Of a stretch of 64,000 nt of DNA, positions 48,716-57,720 are shown in pieces. The number at the start of each line of letters is the position of its first letter. Position 1 is the first letter of the stretch. The position numbers were made by a program, and so were the translations under genes. The notes beneath the pieces were generated by a model. The model was not told where the DNA came from, made no database searches, and worked only from the letters and a program-made list of their open reading frames with translations. The DNA comes from Candidatus Obscuribacteraceae bacterium (GTDB lineage: Bacteria; Cyanobacteriota; Vampirovibrionia; Obscuribacterales; Obscuribacteraceae), in the NCBI GenBank assembly GCA_044226015.1, contig JBGAHS010000002.1, positions 352,001-416,000 of the forward strand, written 5' to 3'.

Positions 48716-49898
48716 GGGTCTTGCTCCAATTTGATAGTCTGATTGCATTGATGTTGATAAAACCGCCTGAGTCAGCAGGCGAGAAAGCCGTCATATCATC
48801 GAAGCTCGAGAGTTTATGAGCGTATAGAGATTTCTCAGCCTTTCTTCCAACAACTGAAGAATGCCCTTTGTAGAGTTTCACTTTGGCAGTTCCAGTCACG
48901 GGTGCTTGTATCTCATTTATTGTTGCTTTGAGAATTTTTGCTTCCGGAGCAAACCAATATCCGTTATATACAAGTGAAGCGAACTTGAGAGCAAGCTCTT
49001 GCGCCCAATGCGCTACTTCCTTGTCTAGAGTCAGTGACTCAACAGCCTGATGAGCTTGCATCAAGACCGTTACGCCAGGTGTCTCATACACGCCCCTGGA
49101 CTTGATACCGATATACCGGTTCTCGACCAGATCAACTCTGCCTACGCCGTGTTCAGCAGCAATCTTGTTCATGCTTTCGACAAGAGTTAACGCATCCATT
49201 TTCTTGCCGTTGATGGCAACAGGAATGCCGCATTCAAAATCAATGCTTACGGTTTCTGCCTTGTCTGGAGCGTTTTCCGGTGAATTGGTCCAGAGGTAAA
49301 TGTCCTCTGGAGCCTCTGCCCATGGATCTTCCAAAATGCCACCCTCATAACTGATGTGCATCAAGTTCGCATCCATAGAGTAGGGCTTGTCCTTACTTAT
49401 AGGAAGAGGTATGCCATGCTTTTCAGCGTAGTCGAAGAGGTCTTGCCTGCCATTGAAGGACCAAGATCTCCAGGGAGCTATAATCTCAAGTTGTGGTGCA
49501 AGTGACTTCACCGCAAACTCGAATCGCACCTGATCATTGCCCTTCCCCGTAGCACCATGAGCAATGGCATCACAGCCTTCTTTCAAAGCAGCTTCAACCA
49601 TTCCTGCAGCGATACAAGGTCTTGCAAGAGATGTGCCCATCAAATATACAGACTCATAGAACGCATCGGCTTTGATTGACTCGAAAATAAACTCTTCGAC
49701 GAATTGTTTTTTCAAATCAGCTACGATGCACTTTTCAGCGCCAGTAGCCAGAGCTTTGACTTTTACAGCCTCAAAATCCTCTTTCTGCCCTACATCGGCA
49801 CAATAAGCGACCACGGGTACGTTGTAGGTTTCTTTCAACCAGGTCAAAATCACTGAGGTATCAAGACCACCGCTATATGCTAACAATATTTTTTTCAT
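48678..49898 (-). CDS. argG: Argininosuccinate synthase
   Basis: LAYSGGLDTS, HGATGKGNDQVRFE and KSRGVYETPG. Confidence 0.97.
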   Translation of the reverse strand: MKKILLAYSGGLDTSVILTWLKETYNVPVVAYCADVGQKEDFEAVKVKALATGAEKCIVADLKKQFVEEFIFESIKADAFYESVYLMGTSLARPCIAAGMVEAALKEGCDAIAHGATGKGNDQVRFEFAVKSLAPQLEIIAPWRSWSFNGRQDLFDYAEKHGIPLPISKDKPYSMDANLMHISYEGGILEDPWAEAPEDIYLWTNSPENAPDKAETVSIDFECGIPVAINGKKMDALTLVESMNKIAAEHGVGRVDLVENRYIGIKSRGVYETPGVTVLMQAHQAVESLTLDKEVAHWAQELALKFASLVYNGYWFAPEAKILKATINEIQAPVTGTAKVKLYKGHSSVVGRKAEKSLYAHKLSSFDDMTAFSPADSGGFININAIRLSNWSKTHESIKKSVQAGA

Positions 49899-49950
49899 GA
49901 CTTAAATTCCTTTGATCCGCCAGGGCGGTAATGTAATGCTGTTGCGTGAA

Positions 49951-50979
49951 TTAGAGAACAAGCGCGAGAATAGCTTTCTGTGCGTGCAGCCGATTTTCTG
50001 CTTGATCAAACACCACTGACTGCGGTCCATCAATAACTTCATCGGTAATTTCATAGCCTCGGTGAGCTGGAAGGCAGTGCATCACGATGGCTGCGGGAAA
50101 GGACTTTTTCAGTAACTCCGCATTGACTTGGAAATCAGCAAAAGCTTTGATTTTGGAGCTTGCTTCGGCTTCCTGCCCCATTGATACCCATGTGTCTGTG
50201 TAGATTACATCAGCATCAGCAGCGGCCTCAGCTGCGTCGTGCGTCAGAGTTAGCTTTCCGCCCCAACTTGCGGCTTCGGCTAGCGTCTGCTCCCATATGG
50301 CGGGGTCTGGCATGTACTGCTCTGGGCAAGCAATAACGCATTCGGCACCAAATTTGGTAGCAGCCAGAAACAAAGAGTTTGATACATTATTTGGATCACC
50401 GATATACGCAATTTTAAGTCCCTCCAGGCAATCAAAGTGCTCAATTATGGTCAAGAGATCCGCAAGTGCCTGGCAAGGATGTTCGGCATCGCTCAAGCCA
50501 TTAATTACTGGGATTTTTGCATTCTCTGCCAGCTTTTCAACGGTTTCCTGCAAGAAGGTTCTTGCCATAATTCCGCTGACCCATCTTTCCAGGTTATGTG
50601 CAACATCAGCTATAGACTCTCTCACGCCGAGAGGACCATCCAAAAATATTGCATGACCGCCAAGCTGCTTCATACCGAGGTCAAAAGTGACTCTAGTTCT
50701 TAACGATGGCTTTTCAAAAAGCATAGCGAGTGACTTATTTTTGCACAGAAGTGATTGCGCATCATCATTGACGTGCTGCTTCAAGAGAGCAGCAGTATCC
50801 AGGAGAAGCTGAATCTCGGCTTTGCTCAGCCCCTCTATGCCCAGAATATCTTTTCCGCGCAGCGAGTCTTCATCCAGGATTTTTAGAAGCGGCGAGATTA
50901 CAGCTGCTTTCAATACAGCTTCCTTCGCTGGGCTCTTAGCCTTGTGATTCTGAACCTTTGCTGCGGATTTCATTTTCAT
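49951..50979 (-). CDS. argF: Ornithine carbamoyltransferase
   Basis: FEKPSLRTR, HPCQALAD, TDTWVSMG, MHCLP and QAENRLH. Confidence 0.96.
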   Translation of the reverse strand: MKMKSAAKVQNHKAKSPAKEAVLKAAVISPLLKILDEDSLRGKDILGIEGLSKAEIQLLLDTAALLKQHVNDDAQSLLCKNKSLAMLFEKPSLRTRVTFDLGMKQLGGHAIFLDGPLGVRESIADVAHNLERWVSGIMARTFLQETVEKLAENAKIPVINGLSDAEHPCQALADLLTIIEHFDCLEGLKIAYIGDPNNVSNSLFLAATKFGAECVIACPEQYMPDPAIWEQTLAEAASWGGKLTLTHDAAEAAADADVIYTDTWVSMGQEAEASSKIKAFADFQVNAELLKKSFPAAIVMHCLPAHRGYEITDEVIDGPQSVVFDQAENRLHAQKAILALVL

Positions 50980-51020
50980 TCTCCAGTCATTCGAATTTGT
51001 ACTTGTTTGAATTTAGATTT

Positions 51021-51093
51021 CACACCCCGCAGGAGTTGAACCTGCAACCTTCGGTTCCGTAGACCGTCGCTCTATCCATTGAGCTAGGAGTGT
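51021..51093 (-). tRNA. tRNA-Arg (anticodon ACG), CCA not encoded
   Basis: Minus strand ACACTCC TA GCTC AATGGATA GAGC G ACGGT CTACGGA ACCGA AGGTT GCAGG TTCAACT CCTGC GGGGTGT G folds into a full cloverleaf. The Arg identity element A20 is present. Confidence 0.93.
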
Positions 51094-51099
51094 ATAAAC

Positions 51100-51119
51100 G
51101 CGGGGCGTTTCCGCCCCGC
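51100..51119 (-). other. Stable GAAA-tetraloop hairpin between argB and the tRNA
   Basis: Minus strand GCGGGGCG-GAAA-CGCCCCGC, 6 nt before the tRNA 5' end, with only a short U run. Confidence 0.75.
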
Positions 51120-51133
51120 AGAACACGCGAGAC

Positions 51134-52042
51134 TTAAAGCTTCTTGTTGAATATTTGACAATCAGAGCCAGTCTTGCAGGAAATGGTTGTTCCGATTGTT
51201 TGTGTTGTTATAGCTTTGAGCAAGGCGTGTTCGGTATGTCCGTCAATAATTTGTGCAGCAGAAATCCCCATATTCACTGCATCTATACAGCTTTTGATTT
51301 TCGGAAGCATTCCACCTTTGATGGTACCATCGGCGATTTTGGCTTCAGCTTCGTCAACGTTCAGGTTTTTGATCAAAGTATTCTTCTCCGAAATGTCCTC
51401 AAGAACACCAGGAACATCGGTGATATTGATCAGCTTGGTAGCGCCAATTGCAGCAGCTAATTCCAGAGCTGCCGTATCGGCATTGATATTCAATACGCTG
51501 CCCGTTTCATTAAGAGCAAGCGGAGCAATCACGGGCACGGCGCCTTTCAAGAATGCTTCTTTTATTTTCGCAACGTTCACGCCGTTGACTTTACCAACGA
51601 AACCGAGGTCAAGTTCCTTTCCTGATGCATCGCTTGCGGTAAGCTTGCTAGCCGAGAAAATGGCGCTGGTATTTGGTATGAATTCTGTGGCGAAAACAGT
51701 TGATTCAAGCGGGACATAGCCAACGGCAGGAACCGAAACCAGCGAAATCTTCTCAACAATAAGCTGGTTAATTTCCGTAAGTTCTTCAACAACAATCTGT
51801 AGGGTTTCTTTATCAGTGACTCTGAGTCCTTGAATTTTGACAGGAACCTTGTTGAGCGCTGCAAGCTTCTGGTCAATGGCGGGACCACCGCCATGAACGA
51901 TTGCCAGAGAGAGACCAGCTTTCACTAGCTCTTTTGCATCTGCAAGCAAATTTTCTAGCAGCCCTTCAGTTTCGATGACGCTGCCACCAATTTTGACGAC
52001 TACGATTGTTCCAGTAAGATTGATTGTCTCGGCGGTATTCAT
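51134..52042 (-). CDS. argB: Acetylglutamate kinase
   Basis: VVKIGGS, VHGGGP, GLRVTD, NINADTAA and GGMLPK. Confidence 0.95.
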   Translation of the reverse strand: MNTAETINLTGTIVVVKIGGSVIETEGLLENLLADAKELVKAGLSLAIVHGGGPAIDQKLAALNKVPVKIQGLRVTDKETLQIVVEELTEINQLIVEKISLVSVPAVGYVPLESTVFATEFIPNTSAIFSASKLTASDASGKELDLGFVGKVNGVNVAKIKEAFLKGAVPVIAPLALNETGSVLNINADTAALELAAAIGATKLINITDVPGVLEDISEKNTLIKNLNVDEAEAKIADGTIKGGMLPKIKSCIDAVNMGISAAQIIDGHTEHALLKAITTQTIGTTISCKTGSDCQIFNKKL

Positions 52043-52156
52043 TGTTTCAATTCTCCAAAAAAATTAGTAGAAGGGCGCAGCAGTCCATAGCAAAGCCTGC
52101 TTTTCACCCATAATCAGGTCTTACAGTAGCGAAGGGGATAAACTCGCTACTGAGAC

Positions 52157-53380
52157 CTATGTACGATAAGCTCCATTGATTCTTACGTAATCGTAAGAGA
52201 GGTCACAGCCCCAGGCTGTTGCCTTAGAAAGTCCATCATGCAAATCAATCAATACTTGAATGTTTGATTTCTTCATCACTTTAAGTGCATGCGATTCATC
52301 GAACTTGCAGGGCTCACCGCCTTTGAGAAGCGGCACCACATTACCACTACTTGAAAGCGCAACAGAGACCTTTGCGGGGTCGAACCAGACACCGCCATAG
52401 CCCAGAGCTGCGACAATTCTGCCCCAGTTTGCGTCTTCACCAAACATCGCTGTCTTCACCAGGTTAGATGAAACAACAGATTTTGAGAGCTTGGAAGCAT
52501 CTTCAAATGACTTGCTTCCCTTTACAGTGACAGCTAAAAGTTTGGTAGCACCTTCGCCATCTTTTGCAATGCATTTTGCAAGAAAGACGTTGATAGCGCC
52601 AAGTGCTTTCACAAACAATTTCCATTCTTTGCTGCCTTCAACTACTGGTGCAGTTTCAGCAGCGCCATTAGCCATGATTGCCACCATGTCGTTTGTGCTC
52701 GTGTCACCATCAACTGAAATCATGTTGTAGGTTTTTTGCACGCTAACAATCAATGCCTTTTTCAAAAGTTCCTTTGAAATGTTTAGATCTGTGAGAATGA
52801 AAGAGAGCATGGTCGCCATGTTGGGATGAATCATTCCCGAGCCCTTTGCCATAGCAGCTATGGTCACGACCTTCTCTCCAACATTGAACTCCACAGAACA
52901 ATGCTTGATAAAAGTATCGGTCGTCATAATTGCGGTTGCTGCGTTCACACCGGCTTCATCGCTATGAGCAATTTTTGGTGCCAGGAATTCAATGCCGGCT
53001 TCGACTTTCTCGATGGGCATCGGAACACCTATAACACCTGTCGACGCGATGAGAATCTCGCCGGGGTCGGCGTTGAGGCAAGCAGCGGTTTTTGTAGCCA
53101 TTCTCCAGGTGTGTTCAACGCCCGTCGCACCGGTACATGAATTAGCGTTTCCACTATTGATGACAATCGCTTTGATCTTCTTTCCGCTAGCGTCAACCTT
53201 TTGGTTCCACATAATTGGAGCAGCTTTAACAACATTCGTTGTGAGAGCGACAGCAAAATCAGCCGGAACATCGCTGACGATAAGCGCGAGGTCCTTTCTT
53301 TTTCTCTTCAAACCAACGTGCTCTCCAGCAGCCTGGAAGCCCTTTGGCATTTGAAACTCTTTTGAAACTTTCACTGTCAT
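52157..53380 (-). CDS. argJ: Ornithine acetyltransferase / N-acetylglutamate synthase
   Basis: NSGNANSCTG, STGVIG, AKGSGMIHPNMATML, DGDTSTND and DGEGATK. Start placed at ATG 53380 after GGAG; the longer ORF to 53458 runs through the terminator. Confidence 0.95.
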   Translation of the reverse strand: MTVKVSKEFQMPKGFQAAGEHVGLKRKRKDLALIVSDVPADFAVALTTNVVKAAPIMWNQKVDASGKKIKAIVINSGNANSCTGATGVEHTWRMATKTAACLNADPGEILIASTGVIGVPMPIEKVEAGIEFLAPKIAHSDEAGVNAATAIMTTDTFIKHCSVEFNVGEKVVTIAAMAKGSGMIHPNMATMLSFILTDLNISKELLKKALIVSVQKTYNMISVDGDTSTNDMVAIMANGAAETAPVVEGSKEWKLFVKALGAINVFLAKCIAKDGEGATKLLAVTVKGSKSFEDASKLSKSVVSSNLVKTAMFGEDANWGRIVAALGYGGVWFDPAKVSVALSSSGNVVPLLKGGEPCKFDESHALKVMKKSNIQVLIDLHDGLSKATAWGCDLSYDYVRINGAYRT

Positions 53381-53402
53381 CACCCGCATCTCCAAAAGTT
53401 CA

Positions 53403-53437
53403 GAAATAAAAAACCCCGATCCTTCTGGACTCGGGGC
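53403..53437 (-). terminator. Attenuator terminator (segments 3:4)
   Basis: Minus strand GCCCCG(A)GTCC-AGAA-GGATCGGGGT followed by TTTTTATTTC, about 25 nt before the argJ start. Confidence 0.88.
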
Positions 53438-53478
53438 TGGAATGCGTAAATGATGCAAGCCTTTATTGCCCCGAGTCC
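53427..53478 (-). promoter_or_regulatory. Attenuator antiterminator (segments 2:3)
   Basis: GGACTCGGGGC (53478-53468, inside the leader ORF) is the perfect 11-nt complement of GCCCCGAGTCC (53437-53427), the 5' arm of the terminator. Confidence 0.85.
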
Positions 53479-53537
53479 TTCATACGAACGCGGCGGCTAC
53501 GGCGGTTTGTGTTGGCGATGTAACTAACAGATTTCAT
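53463..53537 (-). CDS. Putative arg operon leader peptide MKSVSYIANTNRRSRRVRMKDSGQ
   Basis: 24 codons plus TAA. Codons 12-18 are CGC CGT AGC CGC CGC GTT CGT. Lies between the promoter and the terminator. SD sequence is weak. Confidence 0.8.
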   Translation of the reverse strand: MKSVSYIANTNRRSRRVRMKDSGQ

Positions 53538-53568
53538 TTTTTGTGCCCACACTGACAAGATGAATTAA

Positions 53569-53598
53569 ACCATACACCTTGGAAATCGGATCCGTCAA
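53569..53598 (-). promoter_or_regulatory. Sigma70-type promoter of the arg leader/operon
   Basis: TTGACG-N18-TATGGT on the minus strand, about 30 nt upstream of the leader ATG. Confidence 0.6.
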
Positions 53599-53964
53599 CA
53601 AGATTTACTTTCGCTCATCAAAATGCGCAACATTTATTTTCGCATGCGCTTCACCGTGTGCACCCGGAGCGGGGCGGGTGACTGAGTCGAGTTTATCGTA
53701 GTTACCCATCGGCTCGTACAAGGATGAGCAAGGAGTACGAGGGACAGCTGCAAACAGGGAGCAAGGCTACAGGCAAGATCGAAGAGCTCAGGCAAGTGAT
53801 AAGTTCCATAGACGAGAGCAATGACTCCGAACAAACTGCAGCTACAAGCACAACGGTGGATCTAATTGACGAGAAGCCAGCTTGCAGATGGGAATAGACT
53901 GATTATCAGTAAATTAGATGCACCGAATTGATGACAACACATTTCAAAAAAAACTTGCTATCTT

Positions 53965-55059
53965 TTGAGCACTAATTCGGATGGAATCAAAGTGAAGAGT
54001 TCTGAAAAACTGAGGATTGGAATCGTCGGAGCGACCGGCTACACAGGCGTGGAGCTACTCCGTTTATTGTCCAGACATCCTCACGTGAGTATAGAAGGAT
54101 TGACTACCCGTACGGCAGCAGGCAAAGAAATTGCTCATATATTCCCTTCGCTGAAAAAAGTTTGTTCAACGACATGCTCAGATGAGAGTCTTGATGAGCT
54201 AAGTAAGAGAACAGACCTTGTATTCATAGCCCTTCCACATGGCGAAGCAGCCAATATGGTGACTTCGGACATACTAAACCGCTGCAAAATAATTGACCTC
54301 GGTGCTGACTTCAGGCTTGAGGATCCCTTAGATTACAAAAAGTGGTATCACTTAGACCATCCGAATCCACTCATGATCACCGAGGCAGTATACGGCTTGC
54401 CAGAGTTCAATAGGGAGAAGATTCGCAATGCACGATTGATTGCTAACCCAGGTTGCTATGCGACGTGCAGTATTCTATCTCTTGCTCCGCTTCTAAAAAA
54501 TTCCCTGATCGATGAAGACTCGATCATAGTAGATGCAAAATCTGGTGTTTCAGGAGCTGGAAGAGGACTTTCGCTGGTATCACATTTCAATGAGTGTAAT
54601 GAAAGCTTCAAGGCATATGCTGTAGCATCACACCGACACACGCCTGAGATAGAGCAAGCTTTGAAACAAGAAACAGGAGTAGCTACTACGCTAAGTTTCA
54701 CACCGCATTTAGTGCCAATGGATCGAGGCATTCTAGTGACGGCATATGCAAAACTGAGAAAAGGAATTCGATTCGAGGAATTGCAAGAGGCTTATGCAGA
54801 TTCATATAGAGATGAGCATTTCATCCGCATTTATGACAGCGCCGCAGAGCCGACTGTGCTGCCCGAAACAAGATGGGTGAGAGGAAGTAATTTTTGTGAC
54901 ATCTTCTACAAAATAGATGAACGCACTAATCGTGTAATAGTAGTTGCTACTATAGACAACTTGGTAAAAGGAGCAGCTGGTCAAGCGATTCAAAACATGA
55001 ATTTGATGAGTTCTTTTGATGAGAGACTGGCGTTGGAAGAAGCGGGATTTTTTCCATAA
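53965..55059 (+). CDS. argC: N-acetyl-gamma-glutamyl-phosphate reductase
   Basis: IVGATGYTG, IANPGCYAT, SGVSGAG, HRHTPEI and DNLVKGAAGQA. Exact start uncertain. Confidence 0.96.
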   Translation: MSTNSDGIKVKSSEKLRIGIVGATGYTGVELLRLLSRHPHVSIEGLTTRTAAGKEIAHIFPSLKKVCSTTCSDESLDELSKRTDLVFIALPHGEAANMVTSDILNRCKIIDLGADFRLEDPLDYKKWYHLDHPNPLMITEAVYGLPEFNREKIRNARLIANPGCYATCSILSLAPLLKNSLIDEDSIIVDAKSGVSGAGRGLSLVSHFNECNESFKAYAVASHRHTPEIEQALKQETGVATTLSFTPHLVPMDRGILVTAYAKLRKGIRFEELQEAYADSYRDEHFIRIYDSAAEPTVLPETRWVRGSNFCDIFYKIDERTNRVIVVATIDNLVKGAAGQAIQNMNLMSSFDERLALEEAGFFP

Positions 55060-55231
55060 GCCGCGATGAAAACAATCCCGCCAGCGCTTAGCTATGAGTT
55101 ATCCCGCTCCTTCAGCGACAGCTGTCAAAGCTGGATTATTTGAAGGTTGTCCTTCCGTCGAAGTTCCGACGATGTAATTCAACACTAGCTATCGTTTTAG
55201 CATTGGGTTCAAGGTAAAATACCGACAAGTA

Positions 55232-56086
55232 TTGGAGAGCATTATGGAACTTCTTAGCACATACAACAAAGTTTCAGTACCATCATTTATGTATGGCACT
55301 GCGTGGAAAAAAGATGCAACCACGCGTCTAACAAAAATGGCTGTTGAAGCAGGTTTCAAAGCAATCGATACGGCAAACCAATTAATCCACTATGATGAAG
55401 CGAAAGTAGGCGACGCTCTCTTGGAACTCTACAAAAAGGGAATTTCGCGCGAACAATTGTTTCTACAAACAAAATTCACCTCGGTGAATGGACAAGACCA
55501 CAGAACGCCCTATGATGCTTCTGCCGACTTAAGCTCTCAAGTAAAACAATCAATGGATAGTTCACTTAAGCATCTGCATACAGACTATCTTGATTCGTAC
55601 GTTCTCCACGGACCTTACTATCGCAGGGGGCTCAGCACCGAAGATTGGGAAATATGGACCGCGATTGAATCCCTTTTCCAGGATGGAAAAGCTCGAACAA
55701 TCGGAGTCAGTAATGTTAATGCAGAGCAGTTGCGCGAACTATGCAGCAAAGCAAAAACGAAACCAATGTTCGTCCAAAATCGCACCTTTGCCAGTACAGC
55801 TTGGGACCGCGAAGTGCGCAGCATTTGCACTAGCCACGGGATAATCTACCAAGGGTTTTCATTATTGACGGCGAATAGTCAGGTGCTTTCGAGCAACGAA
55901 ATCAAAAGCATTTCGAAACGATTGGGCGCCACTTCATCACAGGTGATTTTCCGATTTGCGATGCATATCGGCATGCTTCCATTAACAGGCACGACAAGCG
56001 AAGTTCACATGCGTGAAGATTTGAACGCTACGCATTTTGCTCTTTCAGAAGAAGACATCAGGACAATTGAAAACATCGCAGTATAG
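55232..56086 (+). CDS. Aldo/keto reductase
   Basis: YGTAWK, IDTA, LFLQTKF, YLDSYVLH and IGVSN. The ATG at 55244 may be the true start. Confidence 0.9.
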   Translation: MESIMELLSTYNKVSVPSFMYGTAWKKDATTRLTKMAVEAGFKAIDTANQLIHYDEAKVGDALLELYKKGISREQLFLQTKFTSVNGQDHRTPYDASADLSSQVKQSMDSSLKHLHTDYLDSYVLHGPYYRRGLSTEDWEIWTAIESLFQDGKARTIGVSNVNAEQLRELCSKAKTKPMFVQNRTFASTAWDREVRSICTSHGIIYQGFSLLTANSQVLSSNEIKSISKRLGATSSQVIFRFAMHIGMLPLTGTTSEVHMREDLNATHFALSEEDIRTIENIAV

Positions 56087-56170
56087 ACTTGCAGGCTCGT
56101 AGTTTCGTGGAATCGTCAATCTCCTGACACGCCTAAAAAGCCGATGGTCAGGTTCTCGACGTAGAGGTTC

Positions 56171-56411
56171 TGACTCTCGACGAGAATGATCGGATTCCCC
56201 ACGAAGAGCTTTGATTCTTGACGAGAACGGTCAGATTCCCCACAAAGAGCTTTGATTCTCAACGAGAACGGTCAGATTCCCCACGAAGAGCTTTAATTCT
56301 CGACGAGAATGGTCGGATTCCCCACGAAGAGCTTTAATTCTCGACGAGAATGGTCGGATTCCCCGCAAAGATCTTTGATTCTCGACGAGAATGGTCGGAT
56401 TCCCCACGAAA
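56171..56411. repeat. About six tandem 41-bp repeats
   Basis: Consensus tgattctcgacgagaatggtcggattccccacgaagagctt with internal palindrome ATTCTCG-A-CGAGAAT. No spacers. Confidence 0.95.
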
Positions 56412-56467
56412 AGAATCAGGCGTTTGTGAAATATTGGTACCATGCAGAAATTCTGCTGGGGGGGCAT

Positions 56468-56554
56468 CACGTATTGAGTCGGAGCTAAGTTTTGCCAATA
56501 CTAAAAGTAAGTTGATGGGCCCGGATTCAAGATGCAATTCGAGGTCAACAAGAA
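56468..56554 (+). promoter_or_regulatory. Promoter/5'UTR, copy 1 of a duplicated upstream region
   Basis: cacgtaTTGAGTcgg-...-AATACT (17-bp spacer), then gcaattcGAGGtca...gaaATG. Homologous to 57634-57720. Confidence 0.7.
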
Positions 56555-57559
56555 ATGGACAATTGGCATAATTTGGAACAGGCGAAATCCAAAGACGATA
56601 GCAGCGCAGAACAATCAGCGCATGAAGACAGCCAGTCAAGCTTGTTTGATCGCATGATGCCAAAGAATATGGCCTTTAGCAAGGAGGTTCTTGCACTTTC
56701 TACTGTAAGCGGTTTGACGCAAACAGCAGTGAGGTCTGTAGAACATTTAGTTGCTAACAATCTAAATTTAGAACCCAAAAGCTTTCTGGAAGCGAAACCA
56801 TTTATGGCAGAAGATTTGGCTCGAAACCATTTACACGCCTGGGCCCTGATGCATGATCAATATGCCATGAAGGGCTCTGGGCAGCTTTTAGCAGCGAATG
56901 CACTAGAAGCAACGAATGCACTGGGAGCAGCGAATAAACCTGGAGCACCAAAAGGACTAGATGCACTAGCAAAAGCGCAGTCATCCGGCGCTTCCGCCGC
57001 CCTGGGAAGACCCGGCTTAGATCTCGGAGAAAAGTCCACACAGCTTGGAATTGAAAGAACGCGTGTGGAAATAGTAGGCGGCACAGCAGAACATCTTGCT
57101 GCATCTAAGAAAATGCTTGCAGCGGGCTCTAATGAAGCCGCTTTCCTCGCAGCTAGAGAACGGCTGCAAGTGTATAGCGCTTCCCTGTATAGCGAACTGA
57201 AAACAATGATAGATGGGGATCTTAACAATGTCTTGAAGGCGGAGCAACAAGTTTACAAAAGCTCAATGCTAGACTCATCTTCGAAGTCCTTTTGCAAAGG
57301 TTTCTTCACCGGTGCAGCTTCTATGACTGCCGGATACGCAATAGACAAAGCTTTAGGGAGCAGTCCCACAGAAGAATCAATACCACGATTGTTGATTGAT
57401 GGTTGCATGGTTCCGGCAGCGCTATCCGGTGGACGATACAAGATGATTAGTGCAGCGGCATTGTTCACTGCATCACGAGCGGTAGGTATTGCAGAAACGA
57501 TGAGAACTCAGATGTCTCCTGAAAAAAGTAAATATGAAAACCTAAAAATGAAAAGCTAG
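56555..57559 (+). CDS. Hypothetical protein, tandem paralog A
   Basis: 334 aa. Shares SLxDRxM...VLALSxVSG and ASMTAGYAxD...ESIPRLLIDGCMVPAALxGGRY with the next gene. Confidence 0.8.
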   Translation: MDNWHNLEQAKSKDDSSAEQSAHEDSQSSLFDRMMPKNMAFSKEVLALSTVSGLTQTAVRSVEHLVANNLNLEPKSFLEAKPFMAEDLARNHLHAWALMHDQYAMKGSGQLLAANALEATNALGAANKPGAPKGLDALAKAQSSGASAALGRPGLDLGEKSTQLGIERTRVEIVGGTAEHLAASKKMLAAGSNEAAFLAARERLQVYSASLYSELKTMIDGDLNNVLKAEQQVYKSSMLDSSSKSFCKGFFTGAASMTAGYAIDKALGSSPTEESIPRLLIDGCMVPAALSGGRYKMISAAALFTASRAVGIAETMRTQMSPEKSKYENLKMKS

Positions 57560-57633
57560 AAATGAAAACAATATCTACATTAAAGATGAACGATTGGCTG
57601 AAAACCTAATTGATCAATTACTGATGGGAAATC

Positions 57634-57720
57634 CACGTATTGAGTCGGGAACGAGTTTAGCCATACTTAAGGAAGGTTGAATTGGGCTCGGATTGATAGC
57701 AATTCGAGGTCAGACAGGAA
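57634..57720 (+). promoter_or_regulatory. Promoter/5'UTR, copy 2
   Basis: cacgtaTTGAGTcgg-...-CATACT (16-bp spacer), then gcaattcGAGGtca...gaaATG. Confidence 0.7.

Noticed and set aside
51021..51093. tRNA as an integration site of a mobile element
   Set aside because: No integrase and no duplicated tRNA 3' end were found in the window.
53381..53458. N-terminal extension of argJ (MHHLRIPAP...) in the ORF track
   Set aside because: It runs through the attenuator terminator. A GGAG-preceded ATG at 53380 gives a normal-length ArgJ.
53540..53964. ARG boxes or a T-box in the argJ-argC intergenic region
   Set aside because: Only a half match (TGAATTAAACCATA) to the ARG consensus, and no T-box AGGGTGGNACCGCG motif or specifier stem was seen.
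56171..56411. 41-bp array as a CRISPR
   Set aside because: Units are contiguous with no unique spacers, and no cas genes are in the window.
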